Below, piece after piece: positions 29,094 through 38,365 of a stretch of DNA of 64,000 bases. Made by a program: the position numbers and the translations under genes. Under the pieces are notes generated by a model that was not told where the DNA came from, ran no database searches, and saw only the letters and a program-made list of their open reading frames with translations. Source of the stretch: an uncultured Candidatus Saccharibacteria bacterium (GTDB taxonomy: Bacteria > Patescibacteriota > Minisyncoccia > Phycocordibacterales > UBA9973); NCBI GenBank assembly GCA_964423445.1, contig CAYREQ010000004.1:2700-66699 (forward strand). Reading direction: 5' to 3'. The first letter of the stretch is position 1. Every line of letters begins with the position of its first letter.

Positions 29094-29843
29094 TTATTCT
29101 AAATAAGTGAGGGCCACCATAGCTAACACTCCTACTATCACTGCAATTATTTGCATAATAGAATGCTTTGTTTCTTTTGTTTTGTGAAGTTCAGGAATAA
29201 GATCTGCGACAGCTATATATATAAACCCTCCAGCAGCAATTGGTACAAACCAAAATTCAGTATACTCAGATATACCACCTATTATAAAGACTAAAGCTGT
29301 CCCGAGTAGAGCCGTAAGAGCTGAAAGAAAATTCAACCACAGAGCTCTTTTCTTTGTATATCCTGAGTGTAATAAAACTCCAAAGTCTCCTATCTCTTGA
29401 GGTATTTCATGTAAAATCACTGCAATAGTAGTAGCAATTCCGACAGGAATACTTACCAAAAAACTAGCTCCAATAATAATACCATCCATAAAATTATGTA
29501 CTCCGTCAGAGAAAAGTACCAGCTTCCCTACTGGATGTATATAATCATCATCCACGTCTTCTCCGTGATGATGCCAATGTAAGAACTTTTCTAATATGAA
29601 AAAGAAAAGTATCCCGGCTATGACGAGAACGCTGGTATTTGTAATATTAGGTGAATTTTCAAAAGCTTCTGGTATTAAGTGTATGAGTGCGTCACCGAGC
29701 AATGCTCCGACAGCGATACTAATAAATAAAAAGATATACTTACGAAGTAATTCTTCTTTGAGGGAAAGAGTCGCTACCCCGATAAACGATATCAGGCTCA
29801 CACCTATCACACTAGCAAATGCATAAAGATATATTGTTGTCAT
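29094..29843 (-). CDS. ZIP-family zinc/metal transporter (ZupT-like)
   Basis: His-rich loop HHHGEDVDD and the ZIP signature HNFMDGIIIGASF...HEIPQEIGDFGVL. The start is trimmed to Met (MTTIYLY) because the longer ORF overlaps tRNA-Trp. Confidence 0.8.
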   Translation of the reverse strand: MTTIYLYAFASVIGVSLISFIGVATLSLKEELLRKYIFLFISIAVGALLGDALIHLIPEAFENSPNITNTSVLVIAGILFFFILEKFLHWHHHGEDVDDDYIHPVGKLVLFSDGVHNFMDGIIIGASFLVSIPVGIATTIAVILHEIPQEIGDFGVLLHSGYTKKRALWLNFLSALTALLGTALVFIIGGISEYTEFWFVPIAAGGFIYIAVADLIPELHKTKETKHSIMQIIAVIVGVLAMVALTYLE

Positions 29844-29879
29844 ATAATTAATTTTATTAAGAGAGTAATAATAAATTTG

Positions 29880-29950
29880 TGCGGGGTAAGGGAATCGAAC
29901 CCTTGACATCAGTTTGGAAAACTGAAGTTATACCATTTAACTAACCCCGC
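29880..29950 (-). tRNA. tRNA-Trp (anticodon CCA)
   Basis: Hand-folded cloverleaf with acceptor GCGGGGT/ACCCCGC, anticodon stem-loop CAGTT-TTCCAAA-AACTG and T-arm GGTTCGATTCC. Confidence 0.75.
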
Positions 29951-30004
29951 ATGGGGACATATTTGATATTAGCAGAAAATACAATTTTATTCAATATTTT
30001 TATT

Positions 30005-30847
30005 TTAAACTTTTGGTTTAATTAATTTTGAATATGTTTCATTTTCTAAAATCATATCCTCCAAGGCTTTAGCTATGCCCATTATTTTTGTCGGATAATT
30101 TACAGATTCTTTTACTTTACAGTTTTTTACATATTCATTTATGTCTCCATTATATTTAAAAAAGTCTCCATTTTTTCCGCTAGGTCTTTCGAGCACATAG
30201 CCTTCTCCCCTATTGTAAGCCAGAAAAGCCCAGAGCCATGCATCACTATCATTTACCGAAACTCCGATTTCATTTCCACATTTTTTAGCTAAATTTTTTA
30301 ATAATTTTAAATATTTACAAGCTGCTTCTGTGGTCTCTCTTATGTCTTTGGTATTTTTTATGCCAAATCTTTTTGCGGTGTCTGGTATAAACTGCCAAAT
30401 TCCAGCAGCGCTTGATCCATGATTAAGTGCATTTTTATTCCAATAAGATTCAGTCATAGCTAAAAATATCAGTTCATTTGGTACACCCTCTCTTTTAAAA
30501 ATATCAGATACTATCTCAAGATCACTTTGATTTTTTTTACTTGAATCTAGTAACCTAGTCCACCCATCTTTTAGAGATTGGTAATTGTCCCCTCCTTTTA
30601 TGTGCCTTTTATACCAGTAATCTACTTTTTCTAAAAATTCTTTTCCTTGGTTTGGAATTACTTCTTTTTTAGTCAGTAAATCATTTATGATTTTTTCTCT
30701 AATTATATTCCCTGTTTCATTTGTATCAGGTATTACTTTATTAGTCTCGGCCGCTAAAGCAGAACTAGCAATAGCAGTACCAGCTAGAGCTCCTCCTAGT
30801 TTTTTTAGAAATTCCCTTCTTCCCATGTTTGAAGGTCCATTTTCCAT
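30005..30847 (-). CDS. Lytic transglycosylase (SLT/GH23 domain) with a Tat-type signal peptide
   Basis: RREFLKKLGGALAGTAIASSALA twin-arginine signal, and an SLT catalytic region ESYWNKNA...SAAGIWQFIPDTAKRFG. Confidence 0.8.
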   Translation of the reverse strand: MENGPSNMGRREFLKKLGGALAGTAIASSALAAETNKVIPDTNETGNIIREKIINDLLTKKEVIPNQGKEFLEKVDYWYKRHIKGGDNYQSLKDGWTRLLDSSKKNQSDLEIVSDIFKREGVPNELIFLAMTESYWNKNALNHGSSAAGIWQFIPDTAKRFGIKNTKDIRETTEAACKYLKLLKNLAKKCGNEIGVSVNDSDAWLWAFLAYNRGEGYVLERPSGKNGDFFKYNGDINEYVKNCKVKESVNYPTKIMGIAKALEDMILENETYSKLIKPKV

Positions 30848-30848
30848 G

Positions 30849-30919
30849 TCGGGCTGCTGGGAATCGAACCCAGTCTAAACGCTCCCAAAGCGCTTGTACT
30901 ACCGGTATACTACAGCCCG
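30849..30919 (-). tRNA. tRNA-Pro (anticodon UGG)
   Basis: Acceptor CGGGCTG/CAGCCCG, anticodon loop TTTGGGA and T-arm GGGTTCGATTCCC. Confidence 0.7.
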
Positions 30920-30982
30920 AATATTTAAAAACAATGTACTAAAGTTATATTATACTAGCGTTTAAACGCTCTCAAAATGAAG

Positions 30983-31013
30983 GCGCTTGTACTACCGGTA
31001 TACTACAGCCCGA
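30983..31013 (-). repeat. 31-nt exact copy of the 5' portion of tRNA-Pro (pseudo-tRNA fragment), 63 bp from the gene
   Basis: GCGCTTGTACTACCGGTATACTACAGCCCGA occurs at 30890-30920 (inside the tRNA) and again at 30983-31013. The second copy does not fold as a tRNA. Confidence 0.6.
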
Positions 31014-31027
31014 ATTCCCCCACTATA

Positions 31028-31432
31028 TCACAAAATAATGTCATTTACTACTTTTACTCTAGCTTTTTTATTTTTTAAGTCTAAATACACTACAAATAGG
31101 TCCACTTGCCACTCTACTTCATCCCCTACTTTTTTATCTAAAAGATAAGTCTGTATTGTCCTTGATAATCTTTTCAATTTCCAAGGATGCATGTTGTCTT
31201 CTGGTTTATATCGGTCAATTGTCTCCTTTGAGGGTAAAAAGTCAGTAGACACACTTTTGACTTCTATAAAGAAGATTTTATTGCCCTTTTGGGCTACAAT
31301 ATCAATTTCACCCCATTTTTTAGTGTAATTCCTGTCTAAAACAGAGAAATCGTGTTTCACAAGAAACCTTTCAGCTACCTTCTCTCCAATTTCACCTGTT
31401 TTTTGTTGTTTTGAAGTAAATACCTTTGGCAT
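31028..31432 (-). CDS. yraN: YraN/UPF0102-family putative endonuclease
   Basis: GEIDIVAQKGNKIFFIEVK core typical of UPF0102 (restriction-endonuclease-like fold). Confidence 0.6.
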   Translation of the reverse strand: MPKVFTSKQQKTGEIGEKVAERFLVKHDFSVLDRNYTKKWGEIDIVAQKGNKIFFIEVKSVSTDFLPSKETIDRYKPEDNMHPWKLKRLSRTIQTYLLDKKVGDEVEWQVDLFVVYLDLKNKKARVKVVNDIIL

Positions 31433-31439
31433 ATGGCCT

Positions 31440-31479
31440 GTTTCATGTAAAACACCTATTTTTATGTTTCACGTGAAAC
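31440..31479. promoter_or_regulatory. Pair of 14-bp palindromes (GTTTCATGTAAAAC and GTTTCACGTGAAAC) immediately upstream of yraN; candidate operator
   Basis: Two related dyads 12 bp apart, starting 8 nt upstream of the yraN start codon. The second is a perfect palindrome. Confidence 0.3.
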
Positions 31480-31678
31480 GTTTTTTACTATTTTATGTCT
31501 TTTACTAAAATAACCTTATTTGACAACGTATTTTGTTAAAAATTAACTTAAAAGACAGTTTTTTTACTTGTCCTTTATCAACATATTAACAGACTTATCC
31601 CCAATTATACACATAATCGTTATAATCAAAGCTTTTACAAAAGGACAGGTAATTTTTTAAATAACTTGTCTTTATTAT

Positions 31679-31750
31679 GTGCACCCGGAGGGATTCGAAC
31701 CCCCAACGACGGTTCCGAAGACCGGCGTGATATCCATTTCACTACGGGTG
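31679..31750 (-). tRNA. tRNA-Arg (anticodon UCG)
   Basis: Acceptor GCACCCG/CGGGTGC, D-arm GTGA..TCAC, anticodon loop CTTCGGA and T-arm GGGGGTTCGAATCCC. Confidence 0.7.
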
Positions 31751-31954
31751 CATTTAAAATAATTATACATTACTTTTATTAAATAACATAATATTATTAT
31801 ATAGTAATACTAAAATAGAAATTGCAATATATTCAATATAGTATTATAATTATTAAGTTAAAAATTTATTTGGTAACACTATATAGTGTTGGTTTGATGG
31901 TTTATCGTGTCATAAAGGCATATTAGTAAGTTAAAATTTAATAAATAACATAAT

Positions 31955-32025
31955 GCGGTGTTGGTTTAGTGGTAGAACACGTCCTTGCCAAGGATGAGAC
32001 AGGAGTTCGATTCTCCTACGCCGCA
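31955..32025 (+). tRNA. tRNA-Gly (anticodon GCC)
   Basis: Acceptor GCGGTGT/ACGCCGC, anticodon stem-loop CGTCC-TTGCCAA-GGATG and T-arm AGGAGTTCGATTCTCCT. Confidence 0.8.
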
Positions 32026-32036
32026 CAATTTCCAAA

Positions 32037-33596
32037 ATGGAAATAAATACTAAAAACTTAATAAAAAACATACCAGAGTATGTTTCATATGTAACACAAA
32101 CTCTTGAAAAGGGTGGTTTTGAGGCTCATCTAGTAGGTGGGTGTGTTCGTGACCTTTTAATGAATAGAACTCCAAAAGATTGGGATATTACCACAAATGC
32201 CACACCCGAAGAGATTATTGGGCTTTTTGAGAAAACTGTGTATGAAAACACTTTTGGTACAGTAGGGGTTTGTGTTCCATATGAAACACCAAATAGAGAT
32301 GTTATTCATGAAACATCCGAAGGTAATGTTGCACGTGAAACACCTGAATATCACATAATAGAGGTTACTCCTTTTAGATTAGAAGCTAAATATACGGATT
32401 TTAGACACCCAGATGAGATAAAATTTAGTAAAAATCTTGAAGATGACCTAAAAAGACGTGATTTTACTATAAATGCTATGTCTTATAGACTAAAAACCCC
32501 TGTCTCAGAAGAAAATAGTATAACGGACATATTTGGAGGAATAAAGGACATAGAGAATAAGCTCTTACGGACAGTGGGTGATGCTGATGCCAGGTTTGGC
32601 GAAGATGCACTTCGTATGCTCCGAGCTATACGTTTTGCTGTGGAACTTGATTTCACAATTTCACATGAAACGGGGGAGAGTATTTTAAAAAATTCAGATT
32701 TAATAAAAAATATTTCTGCTGAAAGAATTCATGATGAATTTGTAAAAATAATAAATTCAAAAAATGGAAGTGCAGGAATTGTAATGCTACAAAAATTTGG
32801 ATTACTAAAAAATATAATTCCTGAATTAGAAGAGGGTATTGGTTGCATGCAATCAGGGGAGCATGTGTATGACGTGTGGCAACACTTACTATATGCGATG
32901 CAACATGCGATAGACAAGGATTGGCCTATGCCTACGAGACTAGCTGCTTTGTTTCACGATATAGGTAAACCAAAGAGCAGGAGAGAAGAGAGCAGAATTG
33001 GTAAGAAAAAATATACCTTTTATGGCCATGAAGTGATCAGTGCCCGTATGGCAAAAAAGATAATGGAGAGGCTAAAATTCTCTAGAAAAGAGATTGATTT
33101 GGTATCCAAGCTTGTGCGTAATCATATGTTTTTTTCTGATACAGAGTTGATTACTTTGTCAGCTGTGCGCAGAATAATCACAAAAATAGGCAAAGAGCAT
33201 ATCTGGGATTTGATGAATTTGCGTGAATGCGACAGGGTAGGGACTAATAAAAAAGAGACTTCATATAGACTTCGCAAATACCATGCCATGATAGAAGAAG
33301 CACTGCGAGATCCGATATCTGTATCTCAGCTAAAAATAAACGGGGAGTACATGATGAATAATCTCGGAATAAAAGCTGGACCTAGGATGGGCTGGATATT
33401 AAATGCACTTTTAGAAGAAGTACTCGATGCTCCTGAAAAAAATTCTGTAGACCATTTATCTGATTTAGTGAAATCTCTAAACATGCTAGGAGATGGAGAG
33501 CTCAGGGCTCTCGGCGAAAGAGGTAAAGAAAAAAGGGAAGAAGTAGAAGAGCGTGAAGTAGCCAAGCTACACCAAAAACACGGTATTAAAAAATAA
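32037..33596 (+). CDS. cca: CCA-adding tRNA nucleotidyltransferase with a C-terminal HD domain
   Basis: Pol-beta NTase head GGCVRDLLMNRTPKDWDITT and RRDFTINAM, with an HD motif LAALFHDIGKP. Confidence 0.85.
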   Translation: MEINTKNLIKNIPEYVSYVTQTLEKGGFEAHLVGGCVRDLLMNRTPKDWDITTNATPEEIIGLFEKTVYENTFGTVGVCVPYETPNRDVIHETSEGNVARETPEYHIIEVTPFRLEAKYTDFRHPDEIKFSKNLEDDLKRRDFTINAMSYRLKTPVSEENSITDIFGGIKDIENKLLRTVGDADARFGEDALRMLRAIRFAVELDFTISHETGESILKNSDLIKNISAERIHDEFVKIINSKNGSAGIVMLQKFGLLKNIIPELEEGIGCMQSGEHVYDVWQHLLYAMQHAIDKDWPMPTRLAALFHDIGKPKSRREESRIGKKKYTFYGHEVISARMAKKIMERLKFSRKEIDLVSKLVRNHMFFSDTELITLSAVRRIITKIGKEHIWDLMNLRECDRVGTNKKETSYRLRKYHAMIEEALRDPISVSQLKINGEYMMNNLGIKAGPRMGWILNALLEEVLDAPEKNSVDHLSDLVKSLNMLGDGELRALGERGKEKREEVEEREVAKLHQKHGIKK

Positions 33597-33635
33597 TATT
33601 TGTGTACTTGGTGAATTAAAACTATAATAAAATAT

Positions 33636-35060
33636 ATGGCAATGAATTTTGAAAAACTACCTACACAGTCTAATGAAAAACTCATCCCTCCAGGCGAAAA
33701 AGCAGAAGTCTCAAAAAGAAAGTTTGGAATGATGGAAGACTTGAAAGAGGGGAAACTAGATAATATAAGTACAAAAGAGAGGCCAACGGTGATAGATTTT
33801 CAAGGTTTACCTGAAGGTTCTACTGAGCAAGATTTTTTGAAATGGATAGAGCGTGAGATTCAAATCAGCCCTGATATAATTTTAGGAAAAAACAAAGAAG
33901 AATCTGGCCCTACATATAGACTGCTCAACCATGCTTTTAAAGAAGCAAAAGTTTTTTTGAAAGATACTCTAAAATACTCTGATAGAGATCTATCCATAGG
34001 ACCAAAGTCTATTTCCTCCGAAAAAGATATTTTTGATCTTTTGAGAAATACGACTCTGGTAAAAGAAAATAGAAGAGGGCTCTCTAGAGCTCCACAATAC
34101 TGCCGATTGGTAAAAGCTACTATCGTGGCCTATGAAACTCTAAAACATGAAGCCGAGCTATTAAAGGAAACTACAGAAAACTTTGAAAACTCTCTAATCT
34201 CATCTGTTTCAAAAAATAAAACTGAACTTTCACCCCTTGTATTTTTAAGTGAAGACAATAAGAAAAAGAAAAAATTCTATGCGAGTGGAGATGGTACTAT
34301 AAATGGTGAAATAACTTTTCGTGGAAAAGACATAAATAAAGCAATGCTACGCTTTGTGACTAGGGCAGACTCTAGCGCTAAAGAAGCATTGAAAGATGGT
34401 ATCGCTTGTAGAATAACTATCGAAAAAGAAGATGCGAGAAAACTAATACCTATTTTATGTGAGTGGTTGAATAAAAAAATGAGTGTAGATTTTGTAAGAA
34501 TTTCAAACCAATCTTTTTTTACAAAAGAAGATATGGAGCAATTGGAAAAATCATTAAGAAAAGACCCCGAAAATAAAATGGATTTTAGATTAAAAGATTC
34601 TAGTTTGGATTCTACTTCCATGGGAGATTTTAAATCTGTAAAAATTCTAGGTATCTTGCAATCTTCTGAATCACAATCAAAGAAAAATTATTCTAAACAA
34701 TTTGAAATTCAATTTGTAACCCCAGGAAATAAAAACGAAAAAGGAAAAATGCATCACAGCGTGTATGATGTAGTGAAATTGGTAAATGCTCGCACTAGAC
34801 TAGATGGAGGTTGCCCTGAGCATGTATTTGAAGAGTTTGTAAAAGAAGCTAGTATCGAATCTGGAATAAGCGTAGCTACAATAATGAAATACTTATTGGA
34901 AGCAAAGAATGCTCCGATTGTAAAAATCTACAAAAAAAATAAGGCAGGGATCAAAAGTGGCAACCCTTCTTATGTGGCACATTCTGTATATACCCGCTGG
35001 GATGAATTTGGTTGGGTAGACGATTCTCTAATAAAAGACGTAGAGAACGCAAAGAAATAA
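33636..35060 (+). CDS. Hypothetical protein; the central region weakly resembles a RelA/SpoT-type nucleotidyltransferase fold
   Basis: Motifs KDGIACRITIE (cf. DxxGxRVI), ARKLIPILCEW (cf. YRALGxxHxLW) and FEIQFVT (cf. EIQIRT), separated by inserts. This is inference only. Confidence 0.4.
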   Translation: MAMNFEKLPTQSNEKLIPPGEKAEVSKRKFGMMEDLKEGKLDNISTKERPTVIDFQGLPEGSTEQDFLKWIEREIQISPDIILGKNKEESGPTYRLLNHAFKEAKVFLKDTLKYSDRDLSIGPKSISSEKDIFDLLRNTTLVKENRRGLSRAPQYCRLVKATIVAYETLKHEAELLKETTENFENSLISSVSKNKTELSPLVFLSEDNKKKKKFYASGDGTINGEITFRGKDINKAMLRFVTRADSSAKEALKDGIACRITIEKEDARKLIPILCEWLNKKMSVDFVRISNQSFFTKEDMEQLEKSLRKDPENKMDFRLKDSSLDSTSMGDFKSVKILGILQSSESQSKKNYSKQFEIQFVTPGNKNEKGKMHHSVYDVVKLVNARTRLDGGCPEHVFEEFVKEASIESGISVATIMKYLLEAKNAPIVKIYKKNKAGIKSGNPSYVAHSVYTRWDEFGWVDDSLIKDVENAKK

Positions 35061-35069
35061 TATAAATTT

Positions 35070-36836
35070 TTAAAACACTTCTTTTTGATAACAACTCTCG
35101 CAATAAACTATTTCTTTTCTATCAGGAGAATATGAAGTCTTAAATTCTTTTTCACACACAGAATCACCATGCTCGTGTTTGCTCGTATTTTTATAAACAC
35201 CATTGGAAGAAATTTGTCCCATGCACTGACATTTTCTATCACATAATTTTGCTGGATTTCTTTTTATAATCCTTTCACAATATCGGCAATTGTAGCAAAG
35301 TCTCGGAATAGCAATATTCATTTTTTTATAAAAATCAAATTCATTTTTTGTTATCTTAAATGCTTTGGTGCACTGGTGAATACAATTTCCTTCATGAGCA
35401 CAGCCAATTACTTTTTGAGTAATACTCTCATCATAAGTTACGTCCGGTAATTCATTTGTTTTTATATCAATTGTGTAATCTTTTGATATTTTTTCTCTCC
35501 ATAGATAACCTTTTTTCTCTGCTTCTTCTTTAGTGATAGGGAAAAGCTCTTGAGCTACTGTCTCATTGTAACCAAAAGGGGATAGATCGCTTGGGAAAAA
35601 ATCTCCATACTCATAAACAATGCCAACACTATTTTTATATGGCATGTCATTCATGTGTTTTATTAATTTTGGTATAAGGTTCATATATTCTTCTTTTGAA
35701 TATTGTTTATTGAATATACAATAATTTTTATTCCGAAGACCTATACAGCCAAAAAGGTTTGAGCTATTGTGACAATTATAAGAATAGAGAACATCGTGTG
35801 ATTCAAAAATAAATCTAGAGAAAAAAACTTTATTCCCTGGGTAAATAGTAGATGAGTGATAAGAATCTTGTGAATTCTTTCCAAAGTGATCACAATCATA
35901 ACAATCGCTGACTTCTGAGTATGCGAGCCATATATTTCCACAATCTTTTGCTCCACCAAAAACTTCAAAACAGTTTTGGCAATTCTTTGTCCCTTCCAAA
36001 TTATCTCCAGTGGAATTTATTGAGCGCAAAATTCTAGCATATTTATGTGGGTATTTTAATATTAATTCTTCAAATCTTTTTTTATACTCTTCAACCTGAG
36101 AAAAAGAAGTCATATCAATATTCTTCATTTTCTCTTCATAAGATTCTTTGTCTAATTGCTCATTAAAAAATACATAAGATGCATTTCTCAAATTAACTCC
36201 ACCAAAACAATTGGTACAATTTTTACAATTAAAAAGAAAAGCTGAGTCCAAACATGCTTCGGATTGCCTGCTATATAAAACCCTAGAGCAAGAAATACAG
36301 TCTACGCTCTCATAACTAAGCTCGCTCTTTGAAACCCAGTGGAGGTCTAAGCTGTCTTTTGTATTAAAAGTAAAGCTAGAATACATTACATTTTCATTAA
36401 AATCTCCACCGACGACAAGATAACAATTTTTATTTCCTTCTGTGATACTGCAATAATCACTATTTACCGGATTGATATTGAGTAAAGCTACGTCTGGCAC
36501 AGACCACCATAGATTTTTTAGTTGTTCAAAGAATGGTTTACCAAAATCTATATCTTCTCCATAAGACATTGCATCCCAAGAATCTCCCCACCAAGCCTTG
36601 TGGTCATAGACTTTCTGTTTTGAATCTGGAGAAAATATTGAAAAAATTTCTCCTTCAGCATTTGGAGCATCAGATTTTCTCTTATAAAGAGTTCTCTCAT
36701 TTCTAAAAACCATCCTGTGTTCTAATCTGCAACTAGGACATGACATAGGATAGGGGACTTTTATTTTTTCGTAAAAATTTATCTCTTGTGAACTTATTTC
36801 AAAATCTTTTTTACAACTTTTACAATTTTTCTTCAT
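35070..36836 (-). CDS. Cys-rich repeat protein with N- and C-terminal zinc-ribbon-like modules
   Basis: 588 aa with about 50 Cys. The N-terminus (CKSCKKDFEISSQEINFYEKIKVPYPMSCPSCR) and C-terminus (CTKAFKITKNEFDFYKKMNIAIPRLCYNCRYCER) share the pattern CxxFxIxxxExxFYxKxxxPxxCxxCR. Internal NCxNCFG/FGCIGLRN repeats are present. Confidence 0.45.
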   Translation of the reverse strand: MKKNCKSCKKDFEISSQEINFYEKIKVPYPMSCPSCRLEHRMVFRNERTLYKRKSDAPNAEGEIFSIFSPDSKQKVYDHKAWWGDSWDAMSYGEDIDFGKPFFEQLKNLWWSVPDVALLNINPVNSDYCSITEGNKNCYLVVGGDFNENVMYSSFTFNTKDSLDLHWVSKSELSYESVDCISCSRVLYSRQSEACLDSAFLFNCKNCTNCFGGVNLRNASYVFFNEQLDKESYEEKMKNIDMTSFSQVEEYKKRFEELILKYPHKYARILRSINSTGDNLEGTKNCQNCFEVFGGAKDCGNIWLAYSEVSDCYDCDHFGKNSQDSYHSSTIYPGNKVFFSRFIFESHDVLYSYNCHNSSNLFGCIGLRNKNYCIFNKQYSKEEYMNLIPKLIKHMNDMPYKNSVGIVYEYGDFFPSDLSPFGYNETVAQELFPITKEEAEKKGYLWREKISKDYTIDIKTNELPDVTYDESITQKVIGCAHEGNCIHQCTKAFKITKNEFDFYKKMNIAIPRLCYNCRYCERIIKRNPAKLCDRKCQCMGQISSNGVYKNTSKHEHGDSVCEKEFKTSYSPDRKEIVYCESCYQKEVF

Positions 36837-36843
36837 AAAAACA

Positions 36844-37506
36844 TTAGTCAGCGAAGTGGCCTTTTTTATCTGCGCCGAAGAAAATCTTGTGAGCTGTTTT
36901 TAATATACTTTCAAATAGACTAGTGCTGTAGGATGAGAAGTTAAAAATCACTATGAGTGTAAATATAGTCAGAGAAAGTTTTATACTAAAAAAAGAAAGC
37001 GGTATCGCGATGATGCCAAAAAATACAGGCACCAGTGTGCGGATAGTACTACCACGAATTTCTCTTTTTGTTATTTCTGGATTTTTAATATGCTCAGAGT
37101 AAAGTACGTATCGTCGCATCCAATATAAAGTGAGTCCTATCAAGACTATGTGTGTTCCGAATATTATTACAGAGAGTTCATTTTTACTATACTCTCCCAA
37201 GATGCTAGTAGAAAATGGAACCAAACTAATCAACATAAAAAATAAAGCATTTATATTTACGAGCATAGAATCTACTGTCTTTGCATAAATTGAAACAAAG
37301 AAATGGTGTGCTCGCCAATAAGTAAAGAGTAGAGAGAAACTCAAAATATAACTTAGGAAAAGAGGGAGTAGCTGTTTTATCTGAAGCCAAAGACCCATGT
37401 TGTCTACCGGTCCCCAAATAATTGGTAATTTAATTTCAAAAACTAAAATCGTCATAACGATAGCAAATATGCCATCGGACAATTGATCTAATCTTGAGTG
37501 GTTCAT
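36844..37506 (-). CDS. TMEM175/DUF1211-family membrane protein (putative K+ channel)
   Basis: N-terminal signature RLDQLSDGIFAIVMTILVFEI followed by about 6 TM helices. Confidence 0.65.
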   Translation of the reverse strand: MNHSRLDQLSDGIFAIVMTILVFEIKLPIIWGPVDNMGLWLQIKQLLPLFLSYILSFSLLFTYWRAHHFFVSIYAKTVDSMLVNINALFFMLISLVPFSTSILGEYSKNELSVIIFGTHIVLIGLTLYWMRRYVLYSEHIKNPEITKREIRGSTIRTLVPVFFGIIAIPLSFFSIKLSLTIFTLIVIFNFSSYSTSLFESILKTAHKIFFGADKKGHFAD

Positions 37507-37543
37507 ACTATAAATATAACATTATGCTAGAATAACAAGCAAT

Positions 37544-38338
37544 ATGAAAATTGGAATTTTTGATTCAGGTCTCGGTGGACTTATCATCATGAAAGCCATC
37601 CATAAATTGATGCCAGAATATGACTACGTATATCTAGGAGACACAAAGAGAGTGCCTTATGGAAATCGTAGTGAAGAGGCAATATTTGAATTTACAAAAG
37701 AAGGAATAGACTATCTCTTTCGTAAAGAAAATTGTGCAATCATCGTAATCGCTTGCAACACAGCTTCGGCAAAAGCTCTGCGAAAATTGCAAAGAGAATA
37801 TTTACCGAAAAATTTTAAAGACAGAAAAATACTCGGTGTGCTAATTCCAGCAGCGGAAGAAACTCTGAAATTTAAAAAAGTTGGAGTACTTGCCACCAGG
37901 GGCACAGTCAGTTCTGGAACATTTCAAAAAGAAATAAAGAAAGTAAATAAAGAAATAAAAGTATTTCAAAATTCTGCTCCCATGCTCGCATCTCTCGCTG
38001 AAGAAGGAAAGAATGATTTGGCCATACCATTTATCAAAAAATATTTAAAAGTTTTTGAAAATAAAAATTTAGATGCACTCGTCCTGGGGTGTACTCACTA
38101 CCCAATATTTAAAAAAGATGTTCGTAAAATTATGGGTAATAATATAAAGATAATTTCTCAAGATGAAATCGTGCCAAAAAAGTTTAAAAAATATCTAGAA
38201 AGACACCGCGAAATAAACAAGAAGCTCACATGTAATAGAGAAGTACGTATCCTAGTTACAGACAAGACGCCGATGGTAAAAAATCTAACATTAAAATGGT
38301 TTGGTAAGACACAGCCAAAATTGGTGAAATTGTCATAA
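37544..38338 (+). CDS. murI: Glutamate racemase
   Basis: IGIFDSGLGGL, VIACNTASA (Cys nucleophile 1) and LGCTHYP (Cys nucleophile 2). Confidence 0.85.
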   Translation: MKIGIFDSGLGGLIIMKAIHKLMPEYDYVYLGDTKRVPYGNRSEEAIFEFTKEGIDYLFRKENCAIIVIACNTASAKALRKLQREYLPKNFKDRKILGVLIPAAEETLKFKKVGVLATRGTVSSGTFQKEIKKVNKEIKVFQNSAPMLASLAEEGKNDLAIPFIKKYLKVFENKNLDALVLGCTHYPIFKKDVRKIMGNNIKIISQDEIVPKKFKKYLERHREINKKLTCNREVRILVTDKTPMVKNLTLKWFGKTQPKLVKLS

Positions 38339-38365
38339 ATTTTTTAGTAATGATATTATATTCAT

